Shown here: positions 31,080 through 40,531 of the stretch, piece by piece | How positions within the stretch are numbered: position 1 is the first letter of the stretch | Layout of the letters: each line of letters starts with the position of its first letter | Source: Verrucomicrobiota bacterium | GTDB lineage: Bacteria > Verrucomicrobiota > Verrucomicrobiia > Chthoniobacterales > UBA10450 | Direction: 5' to 3' | DNA: 64,000 bases | Assembly (NCBI GenBank): GCA_003218755.1 | Contig: QHOK01000029.1 | Location: 3,180-67,179, forward strand | Notes under the pieces: generated by a model | What the model was told of the DNA's origin: nothing | Databases searched by the model: none | The model's input: the letters and a program-made list of their open reading frames with translations, nothing else | Translations under genes and position numbers: made by a program

Positions 31080-31289
31080 ATGCCTGATCACGTTTACAAA
31101 AAGATTGAAATAGTTGGTTCGTCGCCCAACGGGTTTGAAGAGGCCGTAAAAAATGCACTGACGCGTGCGAAAAAGACAGTCCGCAACATGCGATGGTTTG
31201 AGGTGACCGAGACTCGCGGATGGATCGAGCAGGGAAAAGTCGGCGATTGGCAGGTGTCGTTGAAAATCGGCTTTACCCTGGAAGAATAA
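31080..31289 (+). CDS. dodecin family (flavin-binding) protein
   Basis: 69 aa from ATG 31080: [69 protein letters not shown]. This matches the dodecin pattern. The upstream part of track ORF 30927.. is REP-derived. Confidence 0.75.
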   Translation: MPDHVYKKIEIVGSSPNGFEEAVKNALTRAKKTVRNMRWFEVTETRGWIEQGKVGDWQVSLKIGFTLEE

Positions 31290-31361
31290 TGTAGCCGGGA
31301 GCTGCGGGCGGACGCCGAATATCAGAGACAGGCGCTCGCCGCGGCGAGCACGTCTGCAACG

Positions 31362-31643
31362 TTACTGCTCTTCCTGGGCCGCTTGGTACAGCTTGGCGGC
31401 GCCATAAATTAGGATCGCGGGTCTTAATGCCACGATGAGCAGGCGCAAGAGACCACTAAGAATCCGTCCCAGCGGCAACCGATTCAAAACGTATCCAGCC
31501 ACAAACGCCCACACCAAAGACTGCGCTGGCTTTTCGCGCACGTAATCTTCGGTCTCACTGAGAACCGACTCGACCTGATCCTTGACCCATTGCACTCCGC
31601 GTTCCGGGAGTTCAGCGGCTACCTCTGCAGATGATTGATCCAT
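31362..31643 (-). CDS. small membrane-anchored protein (DUF883/YqjD-like C-terminus)
   Basis: 93 aa. The motif EKPAQSLVWAFVAGYVLNRL is followed by a hydrophobic tail. Confidence 0.4.
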   Translation of the reverse strand: MDQSSAEVAAELPERGVQWVKDQVESVLSETEDYVREKPAQSLVWAFVAGYVLNRLPLGRILSGLLRLLIVALRPAILIYGAAKLYQAAQEEQ

Positions 31644-31690
31644 TTCGCTTAATAATTCGGATCATAACCCTGTCTTGCGCGCATGTGCTG

Positions 31691-32602
31691 CTACCGCAGA
31701 GTCAGCCAAATCGAGCTTGCGCCCGCGCCGGGTGGAAAATCAGGGAGTTGGGCCGGCCGATGAGATGTAGCGGCGCGGCGCGCTACTTTCAGGCAATAGC
31801 GGGCCATGACTTCCAGTGCATGCTCGCGTAATGTAGAGCAGTTGGTCGAGAGCAAGACATGGCTGCCTCGCTCTGCCAATTCGAGAGCGTCAATAAGCAA
31901 GTTTTCGAAATCATGTTCGACCTGAAACCTTTTTCCTCCGGGCGAACGCGAGAAAGTTGGCGGATCAAGAATGATCACGTCAAATTTCTCACCTTTCCGT
32001 AACAGACGCGGCAACACCGCCCTGACATCATCCGCGATAAAACGATGCTCGATCGTTGGAAGGCAGTTAAGCGCAAAATTCTCGCGACCCCGTGCCAAAG
32101 ACTTTTTGGAAAGATCGATGTTAAGGGTAGCTGCTCCGACATATGCCGCACTGACAGAAAACGAGCAGGTGTAGGCAAAACAGTTTAGCAGCCGCTTAGG
32201 CGTAATATGCCGCACGTAGCGGCGATTTTCTCTTTGATCCAGAAACAGGCCCGGGGAATAGCCCGTCCCGAAGTCGATTCCGAACTTCAGATGTCGCTCG
32301 GTGGCGATGGTCTGTAAATTTTCACCAGGGTCGCCAACGATCAGACGCGGCGGTGCGCGCTCTTCACCTTTTCTCGGGACGAACCTTGCGAAAATCCGTC
32401 CAAGGTCGAAACCGACAGAGCTTGTCCACGATTGCAGTTCAGCGAGAAGCCGCTCACGAGCCAGCACTCGTTTGAACGAAATAAGGATGTCCCGCCCGAA
32501 ACGCTCCACCCAGCCCTCGTCGATGGTGCAGAGCCGGTATGCGTCGGTTGCCTCTGCCTGAAAATCCCGAAGCAAACCCGGATCGATCCAGCCGAAATTC
32601 AT
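31691..32602 (-). CDS. class I SAM-dependent rRNA methyltransferase (RlmI/RlmK-like)
   Basis: TGYSPGLFLDQRENRRYV, LNCFAYTCSFSVSAA and DVIILDPPTFSRS motifs are present. Confidence 0.75.
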   Translation of the reverse strand: MNFGWIDPGLLRDFQAEATDAYRLCTIDEGWVERFGRDILISFKRVLARERLLAELQSWTSSVGFDLGRIFARFVPRKGEERAPPRLIVGDPGENLQTIATERHLKFGIDFGTGYSPGLFLDQRENRRYVRHITPKRLLNCFAYTCSFSVSAAYVGAATLNIDLSKKSLARGRENFALNCLPTIEHRFIADDVRAVLPRLLRKGEKFDVIILDPPTFSRSPGGKRFQVEHDFENLLIDALELAERGSHVLLSTNCSTLREHALEVMARYCLKVARRAATSHRPAQLPDFPPGAGASSIWLTLR

Positions 32603-32736
32603 CTTCTTTTATCGCTCCAACCGCGTACTTCGAATCGGCATGGCGCAACGGATCGGTTGCCGCCTGAGCGCGCGTTGCTACACTGCCGCACCGTAGAGGA
32701 TCGTCGCGCGCACCTCCGCTGTGGCGGGACTCACCT

Positions 32737-33639
32737 ATGCAACAAATTACCGTCCGCGTTCCGGCGAGCACTTCCAATCTCGGCCCTGGCTTCGACTGTC
32801 TTGGTGTCGCCCTGCGCATCTACAATACCGTCACGGCTGCGCGCGGTGCGTCCTGTGAGCATTTTCAACCCCCAATTGTCTCCGAGGCGGCGGACCGATT
32901 TTTCAAGCATGCGCGCCGTCGTGCGTTTTCGTTTTCCAGCTCAATTGCGGAACAAATTCCGCGGTCCCGCGGCTTGGGCAGCAGTGCAACCATTCGCCTT
33001 GGCATGTTGCTTGCCCTGAACGGGCTCAGCGGCAATCCGCTCGACCGATTAACGATCTTCCGATTGTGCGCTGAACTGGAAGAACATCCTGATAACGCTG
33101 CGCCGGCAATTTTTGGCGGTTTCATTGTAGCGGTAGGATCGGTGCGCCGCGCCGACCGGACGAAGCGCGGCGTCCCTACCATTAACCGCAACGCTCGCCT
33201 TGCCGTTCAGCGGTTCGCAGTTTCGCCGCGATTGTATTTCGTTCTGTTCGTTCCTGAGATTGAGATTCGAACCTCGAGAGCGCGAAATGTTCTGCCTTCA
33301 AAAATTTCACACGCTGCGGCAGTCGAGAATTGTGCGAATGCGTGCGCACTTACAGCGGCTTTCGTATCCCAGGATTACCAAAAACTGCGGGGCGTTTTTG
33401 CCGATCATCTTCACCAGCCCTTTCGCGCAAAACTGATTCCCTTTCTTCCACGCGTCGTCGCGGCCGCCGAGAAGGCCGGCGCGCTCGGCGCGTTTCTTAG
33501 CGGAAGCGGATCGACGATCGCGGCTGTTACACTTCATTCGTCCAAGAAAATTGCGGCTGCCATGGCACGCGCTGCAAAAACCCCGGGGCGCACTATCATC
33601 ACGCAGGCTGATAACCTCGGTGCGCAATTTCAAATTTGA
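32737..33639 (+). CDS. thrB: homoserine kinase
   Basis: ITVRVPASTSNLGPGFDCLGVAL at the N-terminus, and the GHMP motif PRSRGLGSSAT. Confidence 0.9.
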   Translation: MQQITVRVPASTSNLGPGFDCLGVALRIYNTVTAARGASCEHFQPPIVSEAADRFFKHARRRAFSFSSSIAEQIPRSRGLGSSATIRLGMLLALNGLSGNPLDRLTIFRLCAELEEHPDNAAPAIFGGFIVAVGSVRRADRTKRGVPTINRNARLAVQRFAVSPRLYFVLFVPEIEIRTSRARNVLPSKISHAAAVENCANACALTAAFVSQDYQKLRGVFADHLHQPFRAKLIPFLPRVVAAAEKAGALGAFLSGSGSTIAAVTLHSSKKIAAAMARAAKTPGRTIITQADNLGAQFQI

Positions 33640-33660
33640 AGTCTGAAATCTGAATTACCA

Positions 33661-34848
33661 ATGGGCCGCCGGCTTGAACAATTAGAGGAGTTTGGGATCG
33701 ACGTGGTTCTCGAGCGCCGTCACGGCATTCGAGCGTCGGTGCTGCGCGGGATTCTTTACGCTCTTTCATTCGTTTACGACCGCTTGGTGCAGGTACGGCT
33801 TTATCTCTACCGGAAGAGAGTCTTCCGCGAACGCGCGCTCGGCTGTCTCGTCATCAGTATCGGTAATCTTACCGTAGGCGGCACGGGTAAGACGCCGATT
33901 GTTGAGAAGTTCGCCCGTGCGTTGCAGACCGGCGGACGGCGCGTTGCCATCCTGAGCCGCGGTTATAAAAGCGTACCCCGCAAACGAAATTGGCTGAGTT
34001 GGCTTCGCGGAGACTCCGATCCTCCACGCATTGTCTCCGATGGCAAATCATTGCTGCTCGACTCGATCACCGCAGGCGACGAGCCTTACATGCTCGCCCA
34101 CAACTTGAAGGACGTAATCGTGCTCGTGGACAAAGATCGGGTAAAAAGTGGCCGGTTCGCCATCGATAAATGGCAGGTCGATACGTTGTTGCTTGACGAC
34201 GGACTTCAGTATCTGCATCTCAAACATCGCCTCGACATGGTGCTCGTAGATCGACAAGCTCCTTTCGGAAACGAATTCCTGCTTCCTCGAGGCACGCTGC
34301 GGGAGAGGCCGCGTAATCTCCGCCGCGCCAGCTACATCTTTATCACAAAGAATACCGGCGAGCCTAATTCCGCTCTAATGAAACGCATCCGGCGTTACAA
34401 TCGCACCGCCGAAGTTATCGAATGCGCGCATAAACCGCTCCATCTCCAGAATGTTTTCACCGGCGAACGATTACCGCTCGACGCTTTGCAGAACACGTTC
34501 ATCGGTTCGCTCTGCGCGATCGCGGCACCCGAAAGCTTCGAGGACGCGTTGCAGAAACTCGGGGCGCATGTCGATCTCGCCAAGCGCTACATCGATCATC
34601 ATTATTACACCGAGGCGGAACTGAACAGCTTTATCCAGCGTTGTATCCGTCGCGATCTGGCGATGATCGTGACCACGGAGAAAGATTCGGTGCGGATGCC
34701 GCGTTTGCCTGAAGCAGAATTGAAGGTGCCGATCTATTCTCTGCGGGTGGAGATTCAAATCCTCAGCGGACATGAAAGCTGGGAGCATTGCGTCTCGCGC
34801 ATCTGCAAACCCAAGCCCATGCTCTCGCCCGAGCGCTTCTTCGCCTGA
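33661..34848 (+). CDS. lpxK: tetraacyldisaccharide 4'-kinase
   Basis: [25 protein letters not shown]-loop and [11 protein letters not shown] motif. Confidence 0.9.
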   Translation: MGRRLEQLEEFGIDVVLERRHGIRASVLRGILYALSFVYDRLVQVRLYLYRKRVFRERALGCLVISIGNLTVGGTGKTPIVEKFARALQTGGRRVAILSRGYKSVPRKRNWLSWLRGDSDPPRIVSDGKSLLLDSITAGDEPYMLAHNLKDVIVLVDKDRVKSGRFAIDKWQVDTLLLDDGLQYLHLKHRLDMVLVDRQAPFGNEFLLPRGTLRERPRNLRRASYIFITKNTGEPNSALMKRIRRYNRTAEVIECAHKPLHLQNVFTGERLPLDALQNTFIGSLCAIAAPESFEDALQKLGAHVDLAKRYIDHHYYTEAELNSFIQRCIRRDLAMIVTTEKDSVRMPRLPEAELKVPIYSLRVEIQILSGHESWEHCVSRICKPKPMLSPERFFA

Positions 34849-34858
34849 AGAAGTCCGC

Positions 34859-34935
34859 CACAGATGAACACAGATGAAACACAGATTACGAAAAGGTGGG
34901 ATTCAATCTGTGAAATCCGTGTCAATCTCTGGCTA
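34859..34935. repeat. REP-like element built from cacagat units
   Basis: There are three direct cacagat(g/t) units at 34859, 34869 and 34880. An inverted aatctgtg follows at 34905-34912, then aaatccgtgtcaatctctgg. The element lies in the lpxK / LigD-pol spacer. Confidence 0.45.
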
Positions 34936-34949
34936 AAAAATTCTGATCC

Positions 34950-35867
34950 ATGCCTCAAAAAGCCGAGCTAATCGTCGAGGACCACAAGATTCAGGTATCG
35001 AACCTTGAAAAGATAATTTACCCAAAAGTCGGATTCACCAAGGGGCAGGTGATCGATTACTACATTCGCGTTGCGCCGGTGCTTTTGCCGCATCTGAAGG
35101 ATCGGCCGCTGACTATGAAGCGCTATCCTAACGGCGTCGAAGGCGAATTTTTTTACGAAAAGAACTGTCCGTCGCATCGCCCGAAATGGGTGCAGACGGC
35201 AAAAGTGTGGAGCGAAGGCAATCAACGGATCATGAACTACTGCCTCGCCAACGATCTGCCCACGCTCGTTTGGGCTGCAAACCTGGCTGACTTGGAGCTG
35301 CACACGTCGCTGTCGCGCAAAAACAACATCGAACGTCCGACAGTGATGGTGTTCGATCTCGATCCCGGCGCACCGGCCGACATCGTCCAATGCTGCCAGG
35401 TAGGCCTTTGGCTGCGCGATTTGTTATTCAAAATGAAGTTGAAATCGTTTGCGAAAACAAGCGGCTCGAAGGGCCTGCAGGTCTACGTGCCGCTCAATAC
35501 GGCAGTTAGTTATGACGAAACCAAAGATTTATCGCGGGCACTTGCGCAACATCTCGAACAGGAACATGTCGATCGGGTGACTTCGAACATGTCCAAGGCG
35601 GTGCGCAAAGGCAAAGTGTTCGTCGATTGGAGCCAAAACGACGAACACAAAACCACCGTCTGCGTTTACTCGCTTCGCGCAAAAGAAGAACCGACCGTTT
35701 CCACGCCGGTGACATGGAGTGAGGTTGAAAACTGTCTCAAAAAGAAAAAGTCCGAGCTTTTGAAGTTCCGCTCGGATCAAGTCCTTGCGCGCGTGAAAAA
35801 GCTTGGCGACCTCTTTGAGCCAGTCGAAGAACTCAAACAAAAATTGCCAAAGAAATGGGAACTCTAA
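34950..35867 (+). CDS. stand-alone LigD-type primase-polymerase (NHEJ polymerase) domain protein
   Basis: KIQVSNLEKIIYPKVGFTKGQVIDYYIRVAPVLLPHLKDRPLTMKRYPNGV and SGSKGLQVYVPL are LigD-POL signatures. Confidence 0.85.
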   Translation: MPQKAELIVEDHKIQVSNLEKIIYPKVGFTKGQVIDYYIRVAPVLLPHLKDRPLTMKRYPNGVEGEFFYEKNCPSHRPKWVQTAKVWSEGNQRIMNYCLANDLPTLVWAANLADLELHTSLSRKNNIERPTVMVFDLDPGAPADIVQCCQVGLWLRDLLFKMKLKSFAKTSGSKGLQVYVPLNTAVSYDETKDLSRALAQHLEQEHVDRVTSNMSKAVRKGKVFVDWSQNDEHKTTVCVYSLRAKEEPTVSTPVTWSEVENCLKKKKSELLKFRSDQVLARVKKLGDLFEPVEELKQKLPKKWEL

Positions 35868-35888
35868 CTCAGCAAAAGATTACCGAGC

Positions 35889-36143
35889 ATGAATAGTCAT
35901 GTATGGTTTGATACGATCGGATGGGTGGGAGCAGTGGCTCTCCTAATCGCTTACGCACTGGTTTCCTCCAAGAGATTGGAAGGAGACTCGGCTGCCTTTC
36001 AACTCCTCAATATCAGCGGCAGCCTTCTGTTGGCCGCAAACACGATCTTTTATGGATCCTATCCTTCCACTTTTGTGAACTTGATCTGGGCTGGGATAGC
36101 TGTTTTTTCCATCACGAACCGAAGACGGTTGTCTTCTCGTTAG
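35889..36143 (+). CDS. small 3-TM membrane protein (CBU_0592-like / PQ-loop-like)
   Basis: 84 aa with three hydrophobic segments, IGWVGAVALLIAYALV, LLNISGSLLLAANTIFY and FVNLIWAGIAVFSI. Confidence 0.45.
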   Translation: MNSHVWFDTIGWVGAVALLIAYALVSSKRLEGDSAAFQLLNISGSLLLAANTIFYGSYPSTFVNLIWAGIAVFSITNRRRLSSR

Positions 36144-36175
36144 GTCGTTGAAAGGAATTAGAAAGCTGCTTCATA

Positions 36176-36676
36176 ATGCACAAAGTGAATCTGAAAGATA
36201 TTCCTGAGCAGAAGCGGAAGTCGCCGAAGGGAAAGTTTGGCCGCATGATGAAGAACATTTCGATTGCTCTCGGTCGTCAGCCGGAGTCGCTCGATTTGGC
36301 GAAGCGGCATCCGTTTGACCTTACGCTGGTGCGGATTCCGAAAGGCAAGACGCTTTGTCCGTACCATGCGCACGCGGCGGAATCGGAGCTGTATCTCGTC
36401 GTGTCTGGCCGTGGCAACGTTCGAGATAGAGACGGCGTAACCGAGGTCAGGCCGGGTGATGCATTTTTGTTTCAGCCAGGCGAAGCGCACCAACTGAGTA
36501 ACGCGGGTGATGAGGATTTTGTTTATTATGTGATTGCGGATAATCCGCGCAGCGGCGGGACAACTGGTGATTCCTGTTACTACCCTGATAGCGACAAATG
36601 GGCCGTGGTGAAAGAGGGAACCCAAGAAATCATCGTGAAAGGAACTGAGACCGATTATTTTGATGGAGAGGAATGA
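36176..36676 (+). CDS. cupin domain protein (paralog 1)
   Basis: 166 aa. The cupin metal motif is PYHAHAAESELYLVVSGRG...GDAFLFQPGEAHQL. Confidence 0.7.
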   Translation: MHKVNLKDIPEQKRKSPKGKFGRMMKNISIALGRQPESLDLAKRHPFDLTLVRIPKGKTLCPYHAHAAESELYLVVSGRGNVRDRDGVTEVRPGDAFLFQPGEAHQLSNAGDEDFVYYVIADNPRSGGTTGDSCYYPDSDKWAVVKEGTQEIIVKGTETDYFDGEE

Positions 36677-36683
36677 AACTCTT

Positions 36684-36745
36684 CTGTAGAGGCAGCCGTG
36701 CCGGCTGCGCTCCGGAGAATGCAGGCGACACGCCTGCCACTACAG
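36684..36745. repeat. REP-like palindromic element, family A, copy 1
   Basis: Sequence: ctgtagaggcagccgtgccggctgc, 12-nt spacer, gcaggcgacacgcctgccactacag. The arms are inverted relative to each other, and each is itself hairpin-forming. Confidence 0.65.
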
Positions 36746-36756
36746 GGTAGTTCGTT

Positions 36757-37245
36757 ATGCGCAAGGTAAACATCAACGAGATCAAAGAAGAGGCATGGCA
36801 GTCGCCTGGCGGAAAGTACGCTGTGTACTTCAAAGGAATTTCTGAAGCGCTGGGACGCGACCCGAACTCGCTCGATTTGTCCAAGCGTCATCCGTTCGAT
36901 CTGGAATGGAATCGCGTGCCTCCCGGCAAACCAAATTTTCCTTACCACGCACACTCGGCGCAATGGGAGCTTTACTTGATCGTTTCAGGCGAGGGAAATG
37001 TCCGACATAAAGATGGTACCACCGAGGTCGTGGCCGGCGACGCGTTCATTTTCGGACCTGACGAACCGCATCAACTGATCAACTCTGGCGCGGCAGGCCT
37101 CATTTTTTATGTCATTGCAGATAATCCGATCGGCGAATCGGCCTATTATCCCGACAGCGGGAAGTGGAAGGTAAATAAATCATCAGCGGCGGATCGCGTC
37201 GTTATCAAAGGTCAGGAAACGGATTATTTCGAGGGCGAAGAATAA
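36757..37245 (+). CDS. cupin domain protein (paralog 2, tandem duplicate of 36176..36676)
   Basis: 162 aa, roughly 55% identical by eye to paralog 1 and collinear with it from MxKVNxxxI to ETDYFxGEE. Confidence 0.7.
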   Translation: MRKVNINEIKEEAWQSPGGKYAVYFKGISEALGRDPNSLDLSKRHPFDLEWNRVPPGKPNFPYHAHSAQWELYLIVSGEGNVRHKDGTTEVVAGDAFIFGPDEPHQLINSGAAGLIFYVIADNPIGESAYYPDSGKWKVNKSSAADRVVIKGQETDYFEGEE

Positions 37246-37336
37246 ACTTGTCACCGCTGAGAACGCAGAGATCGCAGAGCCAATTTCTTTTTGTTTTCTC
37301 CGCGACCTCCGTGTGCTCTGCGGTTAGATTTGCGGC

Positions 37337-37723
37337 ATGAATTTGCGACAGAGCGCCGAAGAATTCCCGTACACGACTTACCTTAACATTCTGCACGGAC
37401 CACTTGAAGTGATCGATGTGCAGAAGCTGGCCGAGGCCTGTACCGACAAGTGGTACAACCAAACGCTTTGCAAGGTGAACGACTCGGTTGTCAGGCTGGC
37501 GGTGGTTCAGGGCGAGTATCATTGGCACGAGCACAAGGACATCGATGAATTCTTTTTCGTTCTGGACGGACGTTTCCTGATCGATCTCGAAGATCGCGTT
37601 GTGGATCTTGCCCCGAGACAGGGCTTTGTCGTTCCCAAAGGTGTGCGCCATCGCACACGCGCACCTGAACGAACGATGATCTTGATGGTCGAGCGCGTGG
37701 ACATCGTTCCGACCGGCGACTGA
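37337..37723 (+). CDS. cupin domain protein (third, divergent)
   Basis: 128 aa with GEYHWHEHKDIDEFFFVLDGRF...VVPKGVRHRT. The antisense 270-aa track ORF is rejected. Confidence 0.65.
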   Translation: MNLRQSAEEFPYTTYLNILHGPLEVIDVQKLAEACTDKWYNQTLCKVNDSVVRLAVVQGEYHWHEHKDIDEFFFVLDGRFLIDLEDRVVDLAPRQGFVVPKGVRHRTRAPERTMILMVERVDIVPTGD

Positions 37724-37736
37724 ACCCGTCGAGAAT

Positions 37737-37759
37737 GCAGGCGACACGCCTGCCACCAC
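37737..37759. repeat. REP family A, solo half-element
   Basis: gcaggcgacacgcctgccaccac lies between the third cupin gene and the SLOG gene. It matches the right arm of copies 1, 3 and 4. Confidence 0.55.
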
Positions 37760-37768
37760 CGAGCAGTC

Positions 37769-38224
37769 GTGAAAATCATTTCGGGCGGACAAACTGGCGT
37801 GGATCGCACAGCGCTCGATGTCGCACTCAAGCACGGAATCGAGTGTGGTGGGCGGTGTCCGGCAGGACGTGTTGATGAATTCGGCAGGATTCCAGATCAC
37901 TATCCAGTTCAGGAGCTGGCAGCTGGCGGCTTCACCGAGCGGACCTTGCAGAATGTGAAAGATTCTGATGGAACTGTCATCATTTATCCCGGCAAGTTGA
38001 GCGGCGGCACTGAGCAAACAGTCCGCTTCTGCATTGAGCTACAACGGCCGCACCAACTCATTGACGCATCAAAGATTTCAGCGAAGGTCGGCGCGAAATT
38101 GATTTCCGATTTTGTCCGCAAGCACAAGATCGACGTCCTCAATGTCGCCGGCCCGCGCCAAAGTGAATGGCCAGAAGGATACGACTACGCGTATCGTGCG
38201 CTGAATGCCTTTCTGGAGTTGTAG
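37769..38224 (+). CDS. YpsA-like SLOG family protein (putative molybdenum carrier family)
   Basis: GTG start. MKIISGGQTGVDRTALDVALKHGIECGGRCPAGR...RTLQNVKDSDGTVII is the signature of this family. Confidence 0.7.
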   Translation: MKIISGGQTGVDRTALDVALKHGIECGGRCPAGRVDEFGRIPDHYPVQELAAGGFTERTLQNVKDSDGTVIIYPGKLSGGTEQTVRFCIELQRPHQLIDASKISAKVGAKLISDFVRKHKIDVLNVAGPRQSEWPEGYDYAYRALNAFLEL

Positions 38225-38318
38225 CGGCGTTTGTGCCAAACGCCGGACTACAGACGCTTTGTAGCCACCGCACTGTGGGCGGTTAGGAAGAGGACGGCTC
38301 ACAGAGCCGTGCCACAGA

Positions 38319-39611
38319 TCATTCGTAGCGCAGCGCTTTCACAGGATCGAGACGTGCGGCGAAATAGGCAGGGATCAAGGCCGCAAACGAACAAATGAAA
38401 AACGCGCTGATGCAGATAATCGCAACGTCTCGCGGGATCACCTCCGCCGGAATGGACGAAAATTGATAGACTTCGCGTGGGAAGATCTCGATGTGCAATG
38501 TCGCTGCGAGCCAGTGGCTAAATTCGTTCCGGTAACGGATTAGCGTCATCCCGAGCGCAAGGCCGGTAAGAGTTCCAAAAAGACCGACGATAGTTCCCTG
38601 GCCAAGGAACACCCAGATGATTTGCGCGATGTTCGCTCCGAGCGCCTTCATGATTCCGATCTCGCGGCGTTTTTGAACGGTTACTGTGATCAGCGTGCTC
38701 ATGATTCCGAAAGCCGCGACGACCACGATAAAGAACAACAGGAAAAACATCACGCTGCGTTCGAGCCGCACAGCTTCAAAGTACTGATGGTTCATGTCGA
38801 TCCAGGTCTGCGCGTATTGTGGCGGCTCGAGAAATTGTTGGATCGCCTGTTTCACGCGCTCGGCCCCGTACGGATCATCGGTCCTAACGGTGACGCCGTG
38901 TAACGCGTCCCCCAGACCGTATAATTCCTGGCCGACATAAATTGGCACGAGAAGAAATTCGGAATCGTGTAGATAGTGCCCCGTCTCAAAAATACCGGTC
39001 ACGGTCAATTCTTTCGGCAGAATCACATCTCGCAATTCGTCGACCGCTTTTTTTTCTTCTTCGCCCTTGGCGTTCTCCAGTTTCTTAATGCTGTCGAGAA
39101 TCTGACCAAGGTTACCCGGCGAATAGACCGTGACCTTGTCGCCAACGCTCACCTGCAGTTTTCGCGCGAGCTCAATCCCAAGCACGGTCGAGTCGCCTTC
39201 CAGGTCGAGCTTGCCGTATTTGATGAATTTTCGCAGTGGGATCACTTTCTCCTCCTGCTCGGGATCGATGCCGCGTATGAGTGGTGCGAGCCGCCGGTTT
39301 TGAAACTCAACGATCACTGGACCTTGAATGTAGGGTGCAGTCGCAACGACCCCCGGTGTACTGTTGATCTTCGTTTTGAGTGTTCGCCAGTCGCGTAAAA
39401 CGTCTTCGGAGCTCACGAGAATATGCGCATCGAAATCGATCACTTTTTGGCGTAGCTCGCGGTCGAACCCGGTCATCACTGAAATCACAAGGATCAAGAC
39501 CGTCACGCCGAGCATCACACCGAGGACAGAAATTAATGTGATGATCGACAGAAACGTCCGCTTCGGTTTCAAGTACCGTAAGGCGAGGAAAAGACTAAAC
39601 GGAAGGTTCAA
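38319..39611 (-). CDS. lipoprotein-releasing ABC transporter permease, LolC/LolE family (FtsX-like)
   Basis: 430 aa. The N-terminus is FSLFLALRYLKPKRTFLSIITLISVLGVMLGV, and the C-terminus ends in the FtsX motif RLDPVKALRYE. Confidence 0.85.
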   Translation of the reverse strand: MNLPFSLFLALRYLKPKRTFLSIITLISVLGVMLGVTVLILVISVMTGFDRELRQKVIDFDAHILVSSEDVLRDWRTLKTKINSTPGVVATAPYIQGPVIVEFQNRRLAPLIRGIDPEQEEKVIPLRKFIKYGKLDLEGDSTVLGIELARKLQVSVGDKVTVYSPGNLGQILDSIKKLENAKGEEEKKAVDELRDVILPKELTVTGIFETGHYLHDSEFLLVPIYVGQELYGLGDALHGVTVRTDDPYGAERVKQAIQQFLEPPQYAQTWIDMNHQYFEAVRLERSVMFFLLFFIVVVAAFGIMSTLITVTVQKRREIGIMKALGANIAQIIWVFLGQGTIVGLFGTLTGLALGMTLIRYRNEFSHWLAATLHIEIFPREVYQFSSIPAEVIPRDVAIICISAFFICSFAALIPAYFAARLDPVKALRYE

Positions 39612-39665
39612 TTTGCTCTTAGCGTGGCGGCAAACTCATTGGGATTCAACCGCGTGCGCGGCACC

Positions 39666-40025
39666 CTATTTTAGCGCGTGCCGCTTTAATTCTTCCAGCG
39701 TGACGAATTCAAGCGCGGAGGCGTGGGTTGCTTCAAGATCAACGGGCGCGCCGCGGTTGTGATCAAGCGCGTCTTTCCAGCGCGTGACGCAGACGCACCA
39801 TTTGTCGCCCGGTTTCAGTCCGGGGAAGCCGAATTCCGGACGCGGCGTAACCAGATCATTGCCGTCGAGCACGGAAAAATCCAGAAACTCCTGTGTGACT
39901 TTAACGCAGACGGTGTGCTGGCCGACGTCTTCCGGACCTATTCGACAAAAACCGTCGCGGTAAAACCCGGTCATCGGGTCGCGACAACAACATTTCAGTT
40001 CTGTCCCGAGAACATTCGTCGGCAT
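39666..40025 (-). CDS. DUF2237 family protein
   Basis: MPTNVLGTELKCCCRDPMTGFYRDGFCRIGPEDVGQHTVC...GDKWCVCVTRW is the typical DUF2237 pattern. Confidence 0.8.
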   Translation of the reverse strand: MPTNVLGTELKCCCRDPMTGFYRDGFCRIGPEDVGQHTVCVKVTQEFLDFSVLDGNDLVTPRPEFGFPGLKPGDKWCVCVTRWKDALDHNRGAPVDLEATHASALEFVTLEELKRHALK

Positions 40026-40071
40026 AAACAAGATAAAGCGTTAGTATTGGAGTTTACCGAAGGAGGAAACA

Positions 40072-40527
40072 ATGCCAATCCGAGCCAAGTACGTTCACAC
40101 AAATCTGATTGCCAGAGATTGGAAAAGGCTGGTCCGCTTCTACACGGACGTATTCGGATGCGAGCCTAGAGGTCCGGAACGCAACATGTCCGGCTCGTGG
40201 CTCGACAGTGTCACCTCGCTTAGGAACGCGCATCTTACCGGCCTTCACTTGCGTTTGTCCCGCTTCGACGATGACGGTCCGACGCTTGAGATTTTCAGCT
40301 ACGATCAATTGATCGAGTGCGGACTGCCGGCAGCAAACCACTGCGGGTTCGGTCATATTGCATTTGGGGTCGAGGACGTGGATCAGGCGTTGCAGGCGGT
40401 CATGGCCGCCGGCGGCAGCGCAGTGGGAAACATTGCAACAACAAAAGTGGATGGGGTCGGTACTCTTCGCGTTGTGTACGCGCGAGATCCGGAAGGCAAT
40501 ATTGTTGAATTGCAGAAGTGGAGTTAG
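40072..40527 (+). CDS. VOC (glyoxalase/bleomycin-resistance) family protein
   Basis: 151 aa with YVHTNLIARDWKRLVRFYTDVFG and GFGHIAFGVEDVDQA...ARDPEGNIVELQ. Confidence 0.8.
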   Translation: MPIRAKYVHTNLIARDWKRLVRFYTDVFGCEPRGPERNMSGSWLDSVTSLRNAHLTGLHLRLSRFDDDGPTLEIFSYDQLIECGLPAANHCGFGHIAFGVEDVDQALQAVMAAGGSAVGNIATTKVDGVGTLRVVYARDPEGNIVELQKWS

Positions 40528-40531
40528 CGCG

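Noticed and set aside
33640-33654. Solo gtctgaaatctgaat tract as a second cassette end
   Set aside because: It is only a short, imperfect match to the cassette repeats, with no partner repeat nearby. It is mentioned as context only.
21349-35867. A Ku gene near either LigD fragment
   Set aside because: None of the ORFs flanking either gene resembles Ku, so its absence from the window is reported rather than a call.
37205-38017. 270-aa minus-strand ORF covering the third cupin gene and the SLOG gene
   Set aside because: The plus-strand genes carry clear cupin and YpsA-like signatures. The minus-strand ORF also reads through a REP element and has no recognisable domain.
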